A stretch of 60,110 nucleotides of DNA, the filler included, from Squatina squatina (Eukaryota): assembly GCA_031763465.1 (NCBI GenBank). It is 3 parts of 3 records of this genome, joined end to end, with 100 filler letters (N's around TTAATTAATTAA, not from the genome) between each part and the next. Parts side by side here need not be neighbours in the genome. Positions count along the whole stretch, not along the records: positions 1 to 25,694 come from JARFOE010000192.1; 2 more parts are not named here. One strand, given 5' to 3'. This document shows, one piece after another, positions 11,992-25,240 of the stretch. Within the stretch, counting starts at the first letter, position 1, and the number at the start of each line of letters is the position of its first letter. A program made the translations under genes and the position numbers. The notes beneath the pieces were generated by a model that saw only the letters and a program-made list of their open reading frames with translations, was not told where the DNA came from and ran no database searches.

Positions 11992-13923
11992 GAGGAGGAC
12001 AGAAAAAGAATTTTGATTATTTATGCAACATAATCTAATTCAAAACATCTCTTGTACTTCAAAGATCTCACATGCATGCATTTTGCCCACACCACTGACT
12101 TCCTGTTGACATGTTTTGTCACACTTTTCGTATCAACATTAACCCATTTTAATTTACTATGTCCACATTTAATATAGATTTTGTCTATATAACCTTGTCA
12201 AGCCATAATTGCACAATCTGGCTGCTTGGTGGCTTTTCACCCAAATTGTGAGTAACTTCACACAGCCTCTTATTCATTATTCTTTTACAACTCACCTTGA
12301 AATCTCCCTTTTCAGCTGCAAACTGAAAAACTGTCCCAAAGAATGAAATAGCCCAGTGCAGCTAAATAATTGTCGATAAACCAACTTAAATGTTATTTGC
12401 CCCATTTTCATGCCCAAAATCAAAGGGGGCCAGACGTGGAAACCCACCCCAGCAGCGATGTTGGGCTTACTCGACTTCTTCCCAGGGGCGGGACTGGGGC
12501 GGTAATATCGGGAATTTTCCAGCACTACACGGAAAGGCATATAGCACTGGTGGGAGCACAGGATGCTCCCCTTCCGTTAAAGGGAAGGGCACGCTGCAGA
12601 CTCTGCATCAGGGAAAAGGAACCACCACTACACCACTGGGGAGTGGGGTGCTGTGGCAGCAGCCCGTCACAGAAGCAGAGTGCCGGGCTGCAACATCGCA
12701 GCATGGGCCCCATGATTTAAAGTGGGCAAGCCATTTTAAAAAATGTCAGCGTGCACCTCCCCTTTAATTTTCGCCCCACGAGCGGACTGAAGCCCAGTTC
12801 GTGACCCGTGAAACTGGTGCAGACATCGCCTGTGGCAGCCTCATGGGGCGCTACCAGATTTTCAATCTGGGGCCAAAACGGTCACAGCGCATGNNNNNNN
12901 NNNNNNNNNNNNNNNNNNNNNNNNNNNNNNNNNNNNNNNNNNNNNNNNNNNNNNNNNNNNNNNNNNNNNNNNNNNNNNNNNNNNNNNNNNNNNACCAAAT
13001 CTCTATCCTGCAGAAAGTTGCAAGAGTGGCAGCTTTGTCATTTTCTCGGATCTTGCAAAGAATTTTTGTGACTAAGGCAACAAGGAGATAGACATAAAGA
13101 AACATCCCATTCTAATAGATGGGTAGACTATCACCAAGCATTGACCTGGCTACAAAGGGACTTGCGAAGTTCCAATTATACTGATGTCTGATGTGCATAG
13201 CTTTAAGGTAGGGCCAAGTCCCTTTCTTATGAGCCTGTCAACCATTGGATTTCTATCGATTCTTGTGCTGTGTTGTGCTGCACTCTGAAATTTGAAGACC
13301 AGCATAACAATTTAAACTGACTTTAGCGTTGAGCAGAACATTTACCTGGAGATGGACAGCTTTTCTACCCTTCTTTGGATCAATAATGTGAAAGTTATTT
13401 TTATATGTGAAATTATATAAAGTGGTCGCAACCAATTTACTGTGACAAAGGGTAAGTACAAGTACAGCTGCATTTGCAAATGATCAAGTGTCAAAGAAGA
13501 GGAAGTAAATGAGCAGAAATCATGTACAGGGAGGTGAGGGTTATGGAAGGTCAAAGATCTACCATGAAATTTAAAATGGAACCATAAAAATAGCTCATGG
13601 GTACTAACCCTCAGTAACTGTTGGTGGTAATGGGGACTCAGGAGGTACAGGTGAGCTGGCGGCAGCAGGTTGTTCTGAGTCACTTTCCATTTTTCTCCTC
13701 CTCCTCTGGCAACACTTTACCCAGCTGTTTGAGAGCAGTTGACTAAAAGCTCAAGATGCACAATCCTTCCCCCAGGTGTCAAACTCAAGGCTTTGTGACA
13801 CGTAAGACAATGAGTGATGCAATCAAACTGATTCTGCTGTCATCACATTAAATTACTTCATTAAATGAGTTACTATGCTGAAAGTATAAAAGAGCATGAG
13901 GATTATTTAAAAATAAATATTGA

Positions 13924-14152
13924 TTTTTTTTTTATTCATTCCTGGGATGTGGGTGTCACTAGCAAGGCCAGCATTTATTGCCCATCCCGAGTTGCCCTTG
14001 AGAAGGAGGTGATTAGCCGCCTTCTTGAACTGCTGCAGTCCTTGTAGTGACTTTTCGTAGTGGTTGTTCACAACTGAATGACTTGCTTGCGAGGCCATTA
14101 TAACAGTCAACCACACTGCTGTGGGTCTGGAGTCACATATAAGTCAGACCAG
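13924..14152 (-). mobile_element. tRNA-type SINE 3' part with LINE-like tail
   Basis: Reverse complement of the tail at 7780-7866 plus the SINE core (gtgactccagacccacagca); T-run at 13925. Confidence 0.75.
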
Positions 14153-14625
14153 NNNNNNNNNNNNNNNNNNNNNNNNNNNNNNNNNNNNNNNNNNNNNNNN
14201 NNNNNNNNNNNNNNNNNNNNNNNNNNNNNNNNNNNNNNNNNNNNNNNNNNNNAAACGAGGCCAATTTCCCCTCCTTAGTTTCTGTTAAGCACAAGTTTAC
14301 CATCTAAATTTTTCCCTCCAAGAGTCTACCTTTCCTATGGCCCACAAATATTCCATCAGTTTCCAGATTTCATGCATGCCACTCTTAATCTGGAAGTTAC
14401 TGGAAGCTAGTCACTGACTACGCACAATTAAAAGATGCGGGGAAATCAAACCTATATCCTTCCGCTCCGTGGCGCTGCATGCTGATGCTCCTATGTGCAG
14501 CATCATTGTGCCATCTTCCTACTTATAACTGAAGTACAGATATATAGAAGTTACAATACAGAAACAGGCAATACAGCTCAATCAGTCCACGTCAGCGTTT
14601 ACTCTCCATGTAAGCAGTAGTCCAA

Positions 14626-14974
14626 GGGCTTGAAATTCCCTAGCGCCCCGATCGGGGGCAGTGACTCTCCCAGGCTGCGACTCTTAATTGCCTCGTGAAG
14701 CTGTCGGTGCCATCGCCGGCTGCGCATCGCATGGGGGGGTCCAAAGGTGTCGCCACAGAGCGGTATGGGGTCAGCATGCACATTGGTGATGTGGAGTGCC
14801 AACTGGGGTGCGTATATCACGGAGCGTGGTGATAAGGACTCAGCGCCTCTGCGACCTCCCAGGGGATTTTGTGGAAGGTGAGATCGCTGCCCCACCTCGA
14901 CCCAAAATCGCTTAATGCCCCACCAGCGCTCCTTGGAGACGCTAACGGGGTGAAAAAAAGTGCAATTTCACCCC
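14626..14974. mobile_element. MITE with GGG-n-TGAAATT-type imperfect TIRs (Harbinger-like)
   Basis: Left end gggcttgaaattcc, right end gcaatttcacccc; CpG-rich interior in an AT-rich background. Confidence 0.5.
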
Positions 14975-15057
14975 TCCCAAATAGATTAACCTACCATGAT
15001 TAATGTCTTTTGCTGGGATTTCAAATCATTATTTGTTGATTATTTTGTTCTTCCTAG

Positions 15058-15931
15058 AACTGTCAAAATCCATTAGGAATTGTGAAGGATTCAACAAGCT
15101 TCATAGCAAGACTTCTTCAGTTTCTGATATCCAACAACAAAACAGTTTAGAGNNNNNNNNNNNNNNNNNNNNNNNNNNNNNNNNNNNNNNNNNNNNNNNN
15201 NNNNNNNNNNNNNNNNNNNNNNNNNNNNNNNNNNNNNNNCATAAATACCACAACGGGGAAAATAACTTTCAGAGTAAAAAAGGCAGAATATTTTACAAAG
15301 ATATCAAGAATGTTGAAACTCAGACTTCTAACCCAGACATAAGACATAATTCTATCAAAACTCAAACTTATTATCCAGAGAGTGGAAGTAATTCCACTTC
15401 TGAATCTTCAGTCCACGTTGATTCAGAATTGTTGTTAAATAAAAACAGACATGACCACTTCCAATCCTGTGGAAGAGATTACAATCGATTGCTGACTCAA
15501 AGCAATGCAAATCACTTGAAACCTGAAGCTGTCAAAACAGGTTTTTTTATTCTGGACAAATATCAATTGGATTATAATGAAACAGAATCAGTGCTCTCAG
15601 GTATTGACCGCACATCCACTTTCAGTACCAATGCGGCACAGAAGTTAGATACATTCTTACGTCAGAAGCTAGAGTCTCAAAACAATTCCCCATATCCAAT
15701 AGATCCATGTCGAGATGCTTCAAATGTGTCTGAAAATGTTGACAATCTCTGTGATTGTATCAACCCAAGGTGGCTGCAAGCAAGAAAACCAACTGCTTGT
15801 CAATCCAAGCAATTGGGTTCAAAGTGTGATTCACATCGCCTGGTAGGTTCACGCTCACTGGAAAGAATTCGTGAAGTCATGGACAAAACTAAGCATATTC
15901 AAAACTTGCAGGTTCATTTTGAAAGACAAAT
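15058..15931 (+). CDS. Large exon of an unidentified protein (Ser/Asn/Lys-rich, probably disordered), 3' end in gap
   Basis: ttttgttcttcctag acceptor (phase 1). About 290 codons of open frame in AT-rich DNA, with frame preserved across an 87-N sized gap. No repeat similarity recognised. Confidence 0.65.
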
Positions 15932-16031
15932 NNNNNNNNNNNNNNNNNNNNNNNNNNNNNNNNNNNNNNNNNNNNNNNNNNNNNNNNNNNNNNNNNNNNN
16001 NNNNNNNNNNNNNNNNNNNNNNNNNNNNNNN

Positions 16032-16247
16032 ACCTGTGGAATTCTCTACCACAGAAGGCAGTTGAGGCCAAATCATTAAATATATTCAAGAAGGAGTTAG
16101 ATATAATTTTTATGGCTAAAGGGATCAAGGAACAGGGTACTGAATTTGGATGATCAGCTATGATCACATTGAATGGCGGAGCAGGCTCGAAGGGCCGAAT
16201 GACCTATTCCTGCTCCTATTTTCTCTGTTTATGTTTCTATGTTTCTG
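16032..16247 (+). mobile_element. CR1 LINE 3' end
   Basis: LWNSLPQKAVEAKSLNIFKKELD, 3' UTR ggagcaggctcgaagggccgaat and (tatgtttc)n tail. Confidence 0.85.
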
Positions 16248-16389
16248 TTCTTGTACCCCCTTCGAAACTCAAATTTCTGAAAAAGAACAAGAAATGTTTA
16301 ATCCTGCATATTTTACCTTCAAATAATTTTCTTAAGGGATGAAATTACCCCTTCAAGATTAAGTAATTAAAAGATTTTTTTCTCCACAG

Positions 16390-16959
16390 CCTTTTGCACA
16401 AATTTCAAGCTTTAGTGATATTGACACATTCAAGATTCCAGTTCAGTATCCCTTCAGGTTCTGCGAAAAATGCCAAAGCCATCACAATTCAAAACATGCA
16501 GGCCAAGAGATGAGACGCAAGCAAAACAGAAACAACTCAAGACAGAGGCAATCCAGGTTGGAAGCTACATCTTCACTCGAGAAGCTAGCACCTCGAATGA
16601 GAAGGAAGGATAGAGTGAGGTTAATAGCAGAAGCATTTGACAGAAGAGACAGGAGAGATATTGAACGTGCAGAGAAAGAAAAGATGCAGAGGCAACTACA
16701 GGAGGAAGAATGGGAAAGAAAGAAATTGGCTTTAAGACAGGCTCAATCTAAACGTAGGAGAAAAGGAAGAGTGCCTTCCCTCCATGGAGCAGTTGCAGAT
16801 GAAACAACAACCAAATGCAATCCAAGACAGCATAGCCAAGACAACTGGCAGCATGAAAAAAGAGCAGAAAAAGCCAAAAGCATATATAGTCATGCTTCAA
16901 AAGAATGTGCAGGTGCATGTGCTGCACAGCCCAGGCACAGACGTCACAAGCACAGTTAG
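16390..16959 (+). CDS. Terminal exon of an unidentified protein (basic, charged coiled-coil)
   Basis: tttttttctccacag acceptor, phase 0, 570 nt open to TAG: PFAQISSFSDIDTFKIPVQYPFRFCEKCQSHH...IAEAFDRRDRRDIERAEKEKMQRQLQEEEWERKK...HKHS*. ATTAAA at 16971 and AATAAA at 17074 follow. Confidence 0.65.
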   Translation, partial: PFAQISSFSDIDTFKIPVQYPFRFCEKCQSHHNSKHAGQEMRRKQNRNNSRQRQSRLEATSSLEKLAPRMRRKDRVRLIAEAFDRRDRRDIERAEKEKMQRQLQEEEWERKKLALRQAQSKRRRKGRVPSLHGAVADETTTKCNPRQHSQDNWQHEKRAEKAKSIYSHASKECAGACAAQPRHRRHKHS

Positions 16960-18058
16960 CCAATTTTAACATTAAAATATAAAGATTAGTATACAATCAT
17001 TGGTTCAGGTAAAGGTTTAAGATGGAAAATATATTAACTCAATCGACTAAATAATCCAAAGATGAAGGTAAATAATAAAATAATAATAATAAAAATACAA
17101 AGTAATAAATTATTTTCCCATCCCTTTAGCCCTACACCAATCCCACTGTACATTGCCTGCCTAGCGTGTGCCTGAGCACAGCTCAGGTAATGTGTTTCCT
17201 GATCCATCCTGAATTTTCATTTGAGACAATTTGGTCTTTACTCTCTACCTCCTCCCACAATGAGTCAATGAGATTGGGAATTTTCCCTATAGCAAAATAT
17301 AGTGTTAAACTCAGTGGTGCAGNNNNNNNNNNNNNNNNNNNNNNNNNNNNNNNNNNNNNNNNNNNNNNNNNNNNNNNNNNNNNNNNNNNNNNNNNNNNNN
17401 NNNNNNNNNNNNNNNNNNNNNNGCAACATAACTTTTGTCATTAAGCAACCTTCCTGCCACTTTAGAATTCTTAAGCTTCATGTCATAATATATCCGTCAA
17501 TTAGTTTTAGCTGACAATAATATATGTGCAAACCAGATTATTTAACTTAATAGAATGAATTGGATATTTGCTATCAAAACTGTAACTTAAATTGGCAAAG
17601 ACCTTTTTATTTTTCATGTGCTATGAATGCACTATTCTAATAACACAGTGGACCAAAGCAGGAGCTCTGTAGAAGGCAGTCAGAAATTTATTAAATAATG
17701 AACAAAGCCAATTCTCAATGAAGCCTCTTTTTAAAAGAGGTGCACAGGAACTTTGTGCTGAAACTTTTTGTTTAAAATAAATAAGCAGACCTAGTCTGCC
17801 TTGCAGGGTTACACAGCAGAGTTCTGAGCTTGTGTCGTGCTCACAACCCCCACATTATTCGAAAACATGGGCATGGGGAAAAATGAGATCAGTGGCATTT
17901 GCCCATCCATGCAAACATGCTTATTCACAGGAGTGGCATTACAACTGTACTAGTCAAAAGGAATATTCCTTAACCTAGACTACACAACAAAGGAAAGATG
18001 GCTTCAGGTTAGTTCTTCACTGCACCAGGAACACATTTCTTCTTTGTCTGCTGACATC

Positions 18059-18232
<174 letters not shown>

Positions 18233-19032
18233 TTAGATTGGACAGCTCACCTCCTTTAAATGTATATTCTCAGTTCTGTAAAATTAGCCAATGCAAGTTT
18301 CTGTTGAACTCCCCAGACTGACTGGCTCACTGACTTGCATACACACTTCAGCTGAAGATGCTGTTTGTTCAAAATAAGAGTTACTATTGCCCAAATCCTT
18401 TTCATTGTGCTAGACTTTGCTGGACCCAGCGGTTGGATACAGTAACATTTATTCTAAGCAGTCTTCATTGCGTCATATGACAATTTTCTCTCCTACAAGT
18501 GGAGCGCGAGAGAAAATCAGCAAGTGTTGGGGGGAAAAAGGGTTTCTATAGGTGCATCAGTATTAAGACGGTTAGTACCAAGGTAGGATAATGTTTCTAA
18601 GACATGAAGAAGGCAAGCTTGTCGTGAAGTACGAGGGAATCGCAGAAATAAGTCTTTTGTCTCTCTTTTCACAGAAGATTGCAATACTGAAGGTGGGTAT
18701 AGTACAGTGGAAGTTAATCCTAAAGAAATGACAAAATTATGGTAGACAAGAATCACTGGAATCCATAGGGAAGAAATAGCAGACTTGGCTGCAATTTTTC
18801 AAAATTCTGTGGAAAGGAAAATTACAAAAATTCTCCATTCTTGAACCCTAATGGACCTGGTTAGCAAGTGAGNNNNNNNNNNNNNNNNNNNNNNNNNNNN
18901 NNNNNNNNNNNNNNNNNNNNNNNNNNNNNNNNNNNNNNNNNNNNNNNNNNNNNNNNNNNNNNNNNNNNNNNNCCCTAATCATACAGCTCCAGTTTACTTT
19001 GGAGCGAACCACGACAAGGCAAGGAAACATCA

Positions 19033-19287
<255 letters not shown>

Positions 19288-20282
19288 TCATAATGGAAGA
19301 GATGGTAGTGTGTGTAAATCAGTAAGCGCTCATGGTCAAGTCCTACCATCTCCTGATACAAGTACAAAGCAACATACTGGGCAACGAAATGAGAAAATAA
19401 AAGGATACCTGGCCCATGAAATCCACTCCTTCTAACAGACATAATTATTAGGCGTGTTAATTTAATTGGCTGAGTAAGGTGAACATGTAAACTGCCAATT
19501 TTTTTGTTTTAAATTCTTCCACCCTCCCAAGTGAAAATTCCAGGGAAATTCAACATTAAACAGTAGCATCCCGGATAATATTCTACTCATCTCAACAGAA
19601 TTGCAAGTTCCACAGAGTACCTGATCATCTGATATTCTTATTTTCCTTTGCCAATAGATTTGGCAGGGGAAGTAAGAGAAAAACACAAAGATCCTGTAAA
19701 CTACTGAGAGAGAACTTCCAGCCAAAAAAGATCCACTCAAACCACTTGTCCGGTAGTGAAATCTCCAGCTTCTATTATTCTACCCTCTCCAGTTCAGAAT
19801 GCCAAGTTCAACACAAACACAGGTTCAGATAGACAATGTGGGCCTCCAAGAAACTGCGTATTTAGCTGTTAGTGTATTTTCCAGATTCAATCTGCCCAGT
19901 CCAGAATGTCCACATCCACTGAAAAGAGCGACTATAGAATGCAGATAGATTTTCACTTTAACATGATCTTATTGCTGTCTGCATTGGCCAACATAAATAG
20001 AGTAATTTATTGGCTGTGTAGTGCTTTGGGACATCTTGAGGAATGAATGTCGCTACACAGATGCATGTTCTTTCTTTAAACAAGATCAGAACAGTTGAGG
20101 CAAAATAGCATATCTGCATGAAATAGCAAATTAATATTTGAGAGGTCACGTTTATTACTATACATTAAAAGGAAGAGTTGNNNNNNNNNNNNNNNNNNNN
20201 NNNNNNNNNNNNNNNNNNNNNNNNNNNNNNNNNNNNNNNNNNNNNNNNNNNNNNNNNNNNNNNNNNNNNNNNNNNNNNNNAC

Positions 20283-20458
20283 CTTGCTTGGACTGAGTCA
20301 TTGTCCACTGTAGTTGTCTTAGTTCTCGTTTGACTGGGAGCAGCTCCCATCCCATTGAATCTGCAAGTTCCACCACGTCAAACTCTACTGAACTGGAATG
20401 GGTGTGATCAACACCGGACAAATGCTCCTTGGCGAGTGCCGCAGCCACAGGAGGGCAT
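20283..20458 (-). CDS. RECQL4: RecQ-like helicase 4, C-terminal region exon
   Basis: ttctttgtttgaag acceptor, gt at 20282; CPPVAAALA...[31 protein letters not shown] matches RECQL4 (SSSVEFDMVKLVDSMGWEL...LCQLQW). Confidence 0.9.
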
Positions 20459-22082
20459 CTTCAAACAAAGAAAAGTGGAGATTAAACACCTTCAGCCTCC
20501 AAGGATATCAAACACACCTTCAACCCCCGAGGATATCAAAGTTTCAATATGCAAAGTTACTTGGCAAATGACTAAAAAGACTTGCCTAACCTTATGGGGC
20601 TGAAATTTCAGGGGATTGAAAGGGTGTAAAGTGGGTGGATCACCCCAAGGGGGTGTGGGGAGAGGCAGGAATTTGCAGCGGGACCTGGATCTGCCGAGCT
20701 TCTGCGCCATTTAGGCTCTGTCCCAAACTGTGATTGACAGAGGGTGAACAAGAATTCCGCCTGTTGTTCTTTTGTCTTGATGGATTGTCCAGGGTGATCC
20801 TGGGCTACCTCGGGAATTCAGCCCTTTATAACCTTGTTGGAACCTGCAGAAGCCATGCCTATTAAAAGCTGGTCCCAAGAGGTTGAGGGAGGAGCAGTAA
20901 TTGATCCCCAGGAGACTGAATACCCAACTGTGGCCATAAGTTTTGTCTTTGGGATGTAACAACACTTGGTTGAAAATTTCCCTGTTGGCTTGTAACTGGT
21001 CACTGGCTCCCCCAGTCAGAGCTGCAGGGTGATGTTATGATTCTCAGAGTTTCTTCAGGGAAGGTGCTGCTGCAGGCGTAGGTCACCAGTTCCTCGTACT
21101 TAAATCCCCCTGGGATTTGAGACGGGAGTCAATGTCATCGACTGCAGATGGTCAGGAGACACAGTTATGGCAGTGGAGTGGGCACCCTAGAAACTTGGGG
21201 CCTATCATCAGAAAAATTCTTACTCCAGCTTCAGCTAAAGGAAGCGAGTCTGAGAATAGCATAGAATTCATTCTTTGGTATAGATAAGGTGTCAGCCGAT
21301 GAGGAGGAGCTGTAAGAGGCCACAAAGGACCAGGTGCAGCAAGAAAGCAGAAGTAAACGTTGAACGCCTCGGGACATTTTACTACTTAAAGGCACTATAT
21401 AAATGCCAGTTATTGTTGAAACTGTTATGAATTGAAGTGAGAAAGATATTTTGTCCCCCACCACAAGTTGGGTATGGACTAGAGCACAGTAAAACATCCT
21501 CTGCATTGCCCCACTCATGATGCGCTAAGTTGCTTTATACTTTGCTGCCTCACAAAGTAATTTCCAGCCTTAACATGGTATGGAGTTTGTGGCGATCGAA
21601 TTGGTCATCACAACCTACCACTTGCGCGACTCCTAAATGTGCCGAGATGTGCTTGGATTATGTGTTTCCTGTCACAATTCACCTTTTATTGTGAGGTACT
21701 CTCATTTGTTCCTTTCTCAATGGACAGCACTCAACTTTGCAATGAAAGCCTTTCTGCTAAGGGTTACACCGCAAAGACCATTACCTTCAACCACAGTGAT
21801 CTAACTACAGTTGTCACAATGTTTACCTTCTAGCAATGGTTCTTAGCTGCATGGGTCCACTGTAACACATGAGGTGACAGGTTGAAAAGGTTGGGTGCAT
21901 CAACTCCACCCAGTGTTGTGGGTGGAGTTCCAGGTAACAGAGCAATGTCTCAATTCCTGTAAGTAAAAATAAGTGCGCAAGAATGTTAGAACCAACATCC
22001 CATCTAACACCACTTTCCCCTCATTACCTGGTCAGGACCACAAGTGCATGGGCATTATAAAGACTGGATCATCAGTGAAAAA

Positions 22083-22215
22083 AATAGGAGCAGGATTCGG
22101 CCATTTGGCCCCTCGAGCCTGCTCTGCCATTCAGCAAGATCATGGCTGATCTACCTCAACGCCATTTTCCTGCACTATCCCCATATCCCTCGATGCCTTT
22201 AATATCTAGAAATCT
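22083..22215 (-). mobile_element. CR1 LINE 3' end
   Basis: aggagcagga...ggccatttggcccctcgagcctgct, the reverse of the 16032 type. Confidence 0.8.
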
Positions 22216-22315
22216 NNNNNNNNNNNNNNNNNNNNNNNNNNNNNNNNNNNNNNNNNNNNNNNNNNNNNNNNNNNNNNNNNNNNNNNNNNNNNNNNNNNNN
22301 NNNNNNNNNNNNNNN

Positions 22316-22800
22316 CACAAAATGGAGCAGCTGCTCTGCTGCATACTGGAGGGCTCCACACAAGCTGTCAAGGCAGATAAACCATTGCTTCAGCAGGCCG
22401 ATGGTCTGCTCGATGTTGTTCCTGGTGGCAGCATGGGTCTCATTATATGAGTGCTGTGTATGAGTTGTAGGGCTTTGGAGGGGAGTCATCAGCCAGGTGC
22501 AGACAGGATAGCTCTTGTCACTGAGCAGCAACACTTGTGTTTGACGTGGTGGCTGGAAAATTGCTGGCACACCGAACTGACGCAGGATGAAGGCATCATA
22601 ACTGCTGCCAATATATCGAGCATTGACCAACATGGTGCGCTGGACGTGGTCACACAACAACTGCACATCAAGTGAGTGGTAGCCTTTGTGGTTTCAGAAG
22701 ATCTCAGGATTGTTATGTGGCACCCTCAATACCAGTGGGTGCAGTTGTTGACGCCCTGCACCATGCGGAAGCCCACTCTCTTGTCAAAGCCACATGCGTA
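22316..22800 (-). pseudogene. Harbinger (HARBI1-like, DDE_Tnp_4) transposase relic
   Basis: GFRMVQGVNNCTH, frameshift and stop, then NHKGYHSLDVQLLCDH...GSSYDAFIL...LSDKSYP..WLMTP...YNETHAATRNNIEQTIGLLKQWFICLD. The first catalytic motif is degraded. Confidence 0.9.
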
Positions 22801-23062
22801 ATCCTGAAATTCCACCCTTCATGTTTTGGATCCACCCAGGATTGCAGATATCTCCGAGACATTCAACGTTCCTCAACCCACTGCTCTCGCTGCATACTGA
22901 GATCCACGCTCAACCCCATGCAGTGCCACATGCAAGCCCTCGACCTCTCTCTTCAGCAGCACTGACTCACTCTATCTCTAAGCTGTCCTGGCCTGCAGTT
23001 CCATGTCATCCTTCGCCTCATCCGACACTTTAATAAAAAACTTTTTTCTTTCCTTTCAGACA

Positions 23063-24083
23063 TCAAGGTTCACAAGCTTCAGCACTCTCTGCAACGTCCG
23101 TTTTTGGTTCTCTCCGTCTCTTTTTGCTGCTTGTTTTGACATCTCGCGATTCTTTCCCAGGATTCAGCATCTCAGCAACATTCTCACAGCCATTCAACTT
23201 CACACCCAAGTCTGGTTTCAATTCGTCATAAGTCGCCCATGAAGAATCTCGGAAACAGGAACTTCTCTCTTCCATGGTCACTGAATCAGTGTTTAGTTGG
23301 CACTCCAGTCTACTTTGTATTATGTTTTGTATTTTCCCTGTACCAAGCTTTGTTTGACAAGTATGAGCATCCTGGAAATAATCATTCTCTGATTCTGCAG
23401 GCTTTCCAGGATTGGTTACATCAGGAATAGTAGAAACCAAAATCTCATCAAAATTAGCATTTGAAGGGAAATCATCGCCCAATAATGATGGTGCAGCATC
23501 AGCTGAAGTAGAGGCATTATTCACCGGACAGAACCTTCTGTTGACTGTAGGAAAAACATCACTTTGGCGCAGAAGCTTCTCACGGGCCACCTGTGTAGTG
23601 TCATTTAAGTTTAGAGGCCTGTCATTAGTTTCTGATGTAGAGTCANNNNNNNNNNGTCAGAGGCTTCCTCTGATCAGAATTAAGATCATATGCCCCACTA
23701 CTGGCTGGTAGGGAACAGCTGCCTGAAATGGGCATCTCTGCACCTGGTTGTATTCTCCCCTGGCATCTGGCTAACCAGCCAGGGTCAATCGCAGACATTC
23801 TTCTTGCCACACTCTGCTGCAATTGTTGTAATTTATTTACAGATCGGGGAGTCCGAGCCTGAGCCAGGAGGATTTGTGATGGGGTAATACCCTTCATGGT
23901 TGGATGCAGTAATTCCAGTTGGTCAGGCCCATCATGAGACTCTTCGGTTGCAGTCTGCAGATTTTGTGAAGGTTTGGGAGTGCCTGATTTTGTCTCAACA
24001 ACTTGGTTAATTTCACTGTTCTTGATCTCTTTGGACATCGATCTTCTTGGAGTCAATGATTTACGGAGGGAAATTGGCCTTTC
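23063..24083 (-). CDS. RECQL4: RECQL4 large N-terminal exon; runs into an in-frame TGA at 23063-23065 (possibly disabled)
   Basis: ttttttgaaag acceptor at 24084. LQQLQQSVARRMSAIDPGWLARCQ matches RECQL4 [24 protein letters not shown]. Contains a 10-N gap at 23646-23655. Head-to-head with LRRC14 as in human. Confidence 0.75.
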
Positions 24084-24329
24084 CTTTCAAAAAATAACAT
24101 TTTTTTAAAAAAAGGTTGAATTTGCTTTAGGTTTTTATTTGTACAACTGTTAGAAGTCCAAAACATTTAACAATCAAGCTGCTAAGTCCCAAGTATCATT
24201 AAAATGNNNNNNNNNNNNNNNNNNNNNNNNNNNNNNNNNNNNNNNNNNNNNNNNNNNNNNNNNNNNNNNNNNNNNNNNNNNNNNNNNNNNNNNNNNNNNN
24301 NNNNNNAAATATTAAAATTAAGTAAAATA

Positions 24330-24740
24330 CTATATAATTAAATATTTTGTACAAAATTTTATTCTCAAGTTTAAAAATAAATGTTTTAAAATGTCTAATT
24401 ACATTACATTACTGGGCTGGGTTTTTAGTTTTTAAAAAAAAAAGTGGTTTAATTATATTTTAACATTTTTTTGAAGTCTTAGGATGATAAAAGCAGGCCT
24501 GTACACCTGCTTTTACCAGCGTATGAAGTTGAAGTATTTTCGCTGGGCAGGAGTTGGTAAATAGCTCACCTCTCTGCCCACTGAGGCGCTTCACTTTCGG
24601 ATACGGTGGATCTGTCAAGATCGCAAATTCCGGGTTTAGGGACATGCGCAGTGCATTCCTAAAGCCGGAACTCGCGGGGCCCCCACGGGCGCGTGTGCAC
24701 TTTGAATGCACCCAGAGGGACCGACCGCAATGTCAGGGCC
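24330..24740. mobile_element. Non-autonomous DNA transposon (Harbinger-like MITE), distal part
   Basis: Aligns by eye with 40260-40556 (ggcctgtac.cctgctttta.cagc...ttcgctgggca...gatctgtcaaga); ends caatgtcagggcc. Confidence 0.6.
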
Positions 24741-25240
24741 ATTGTTTCGAGGTAGACTACGAAGTGCAACAAAGCAAAAACTGAGTAAGCAGCCTGACCA
24801 CGGTCGGCCTCGGGGATTTAGAAGATGAAATGTTTCTACAAAGGGGAAGAAGGAGATAAATTATTTGATTTTATTATCTTTCAGTTACCAGCTGCACACT
24901 TGCTGAAGCTTGAAGAACAGGTGTCCAATCGTGCCCTTGGTCAAGAAATACAGGAAAAGTGTGGCAAAAGTGAACTGTTTAAACAGAGTAATGCAGAATT
25001 AATGATGCTCATTAATGGACTGCGTTAATCTCCGAGGCTCGACTGAGTAGTTGACCATGGTTCAGCTGGGATCAGGTACTCCAGATGGTAGCTGTCTGCC
25101 TGTACCAGGTGCTGGCACAGAAAGTCAGTGGAGACAATGGTACAGAAATAAGTTGTTTCTCTGGTCTGACTGGTGTCTTACTCTCTCCTGCTGCAGCCAT
25201 CCGTTGACCGTGACACCAACTTGATCTGGGCTGTGGAAGG

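Noticed and set aside
12296-12330. Third micro-exon candidate with a GTGAGT donor
   Set aside because: 35 nt; no acceptor choice gives an open, phase-compatible join to the 11175 exon
13346-13372. Minus-strand exon-like segment with a GTAAAT donor
   Set aside because: Weak acceptor and no recognisable peptide
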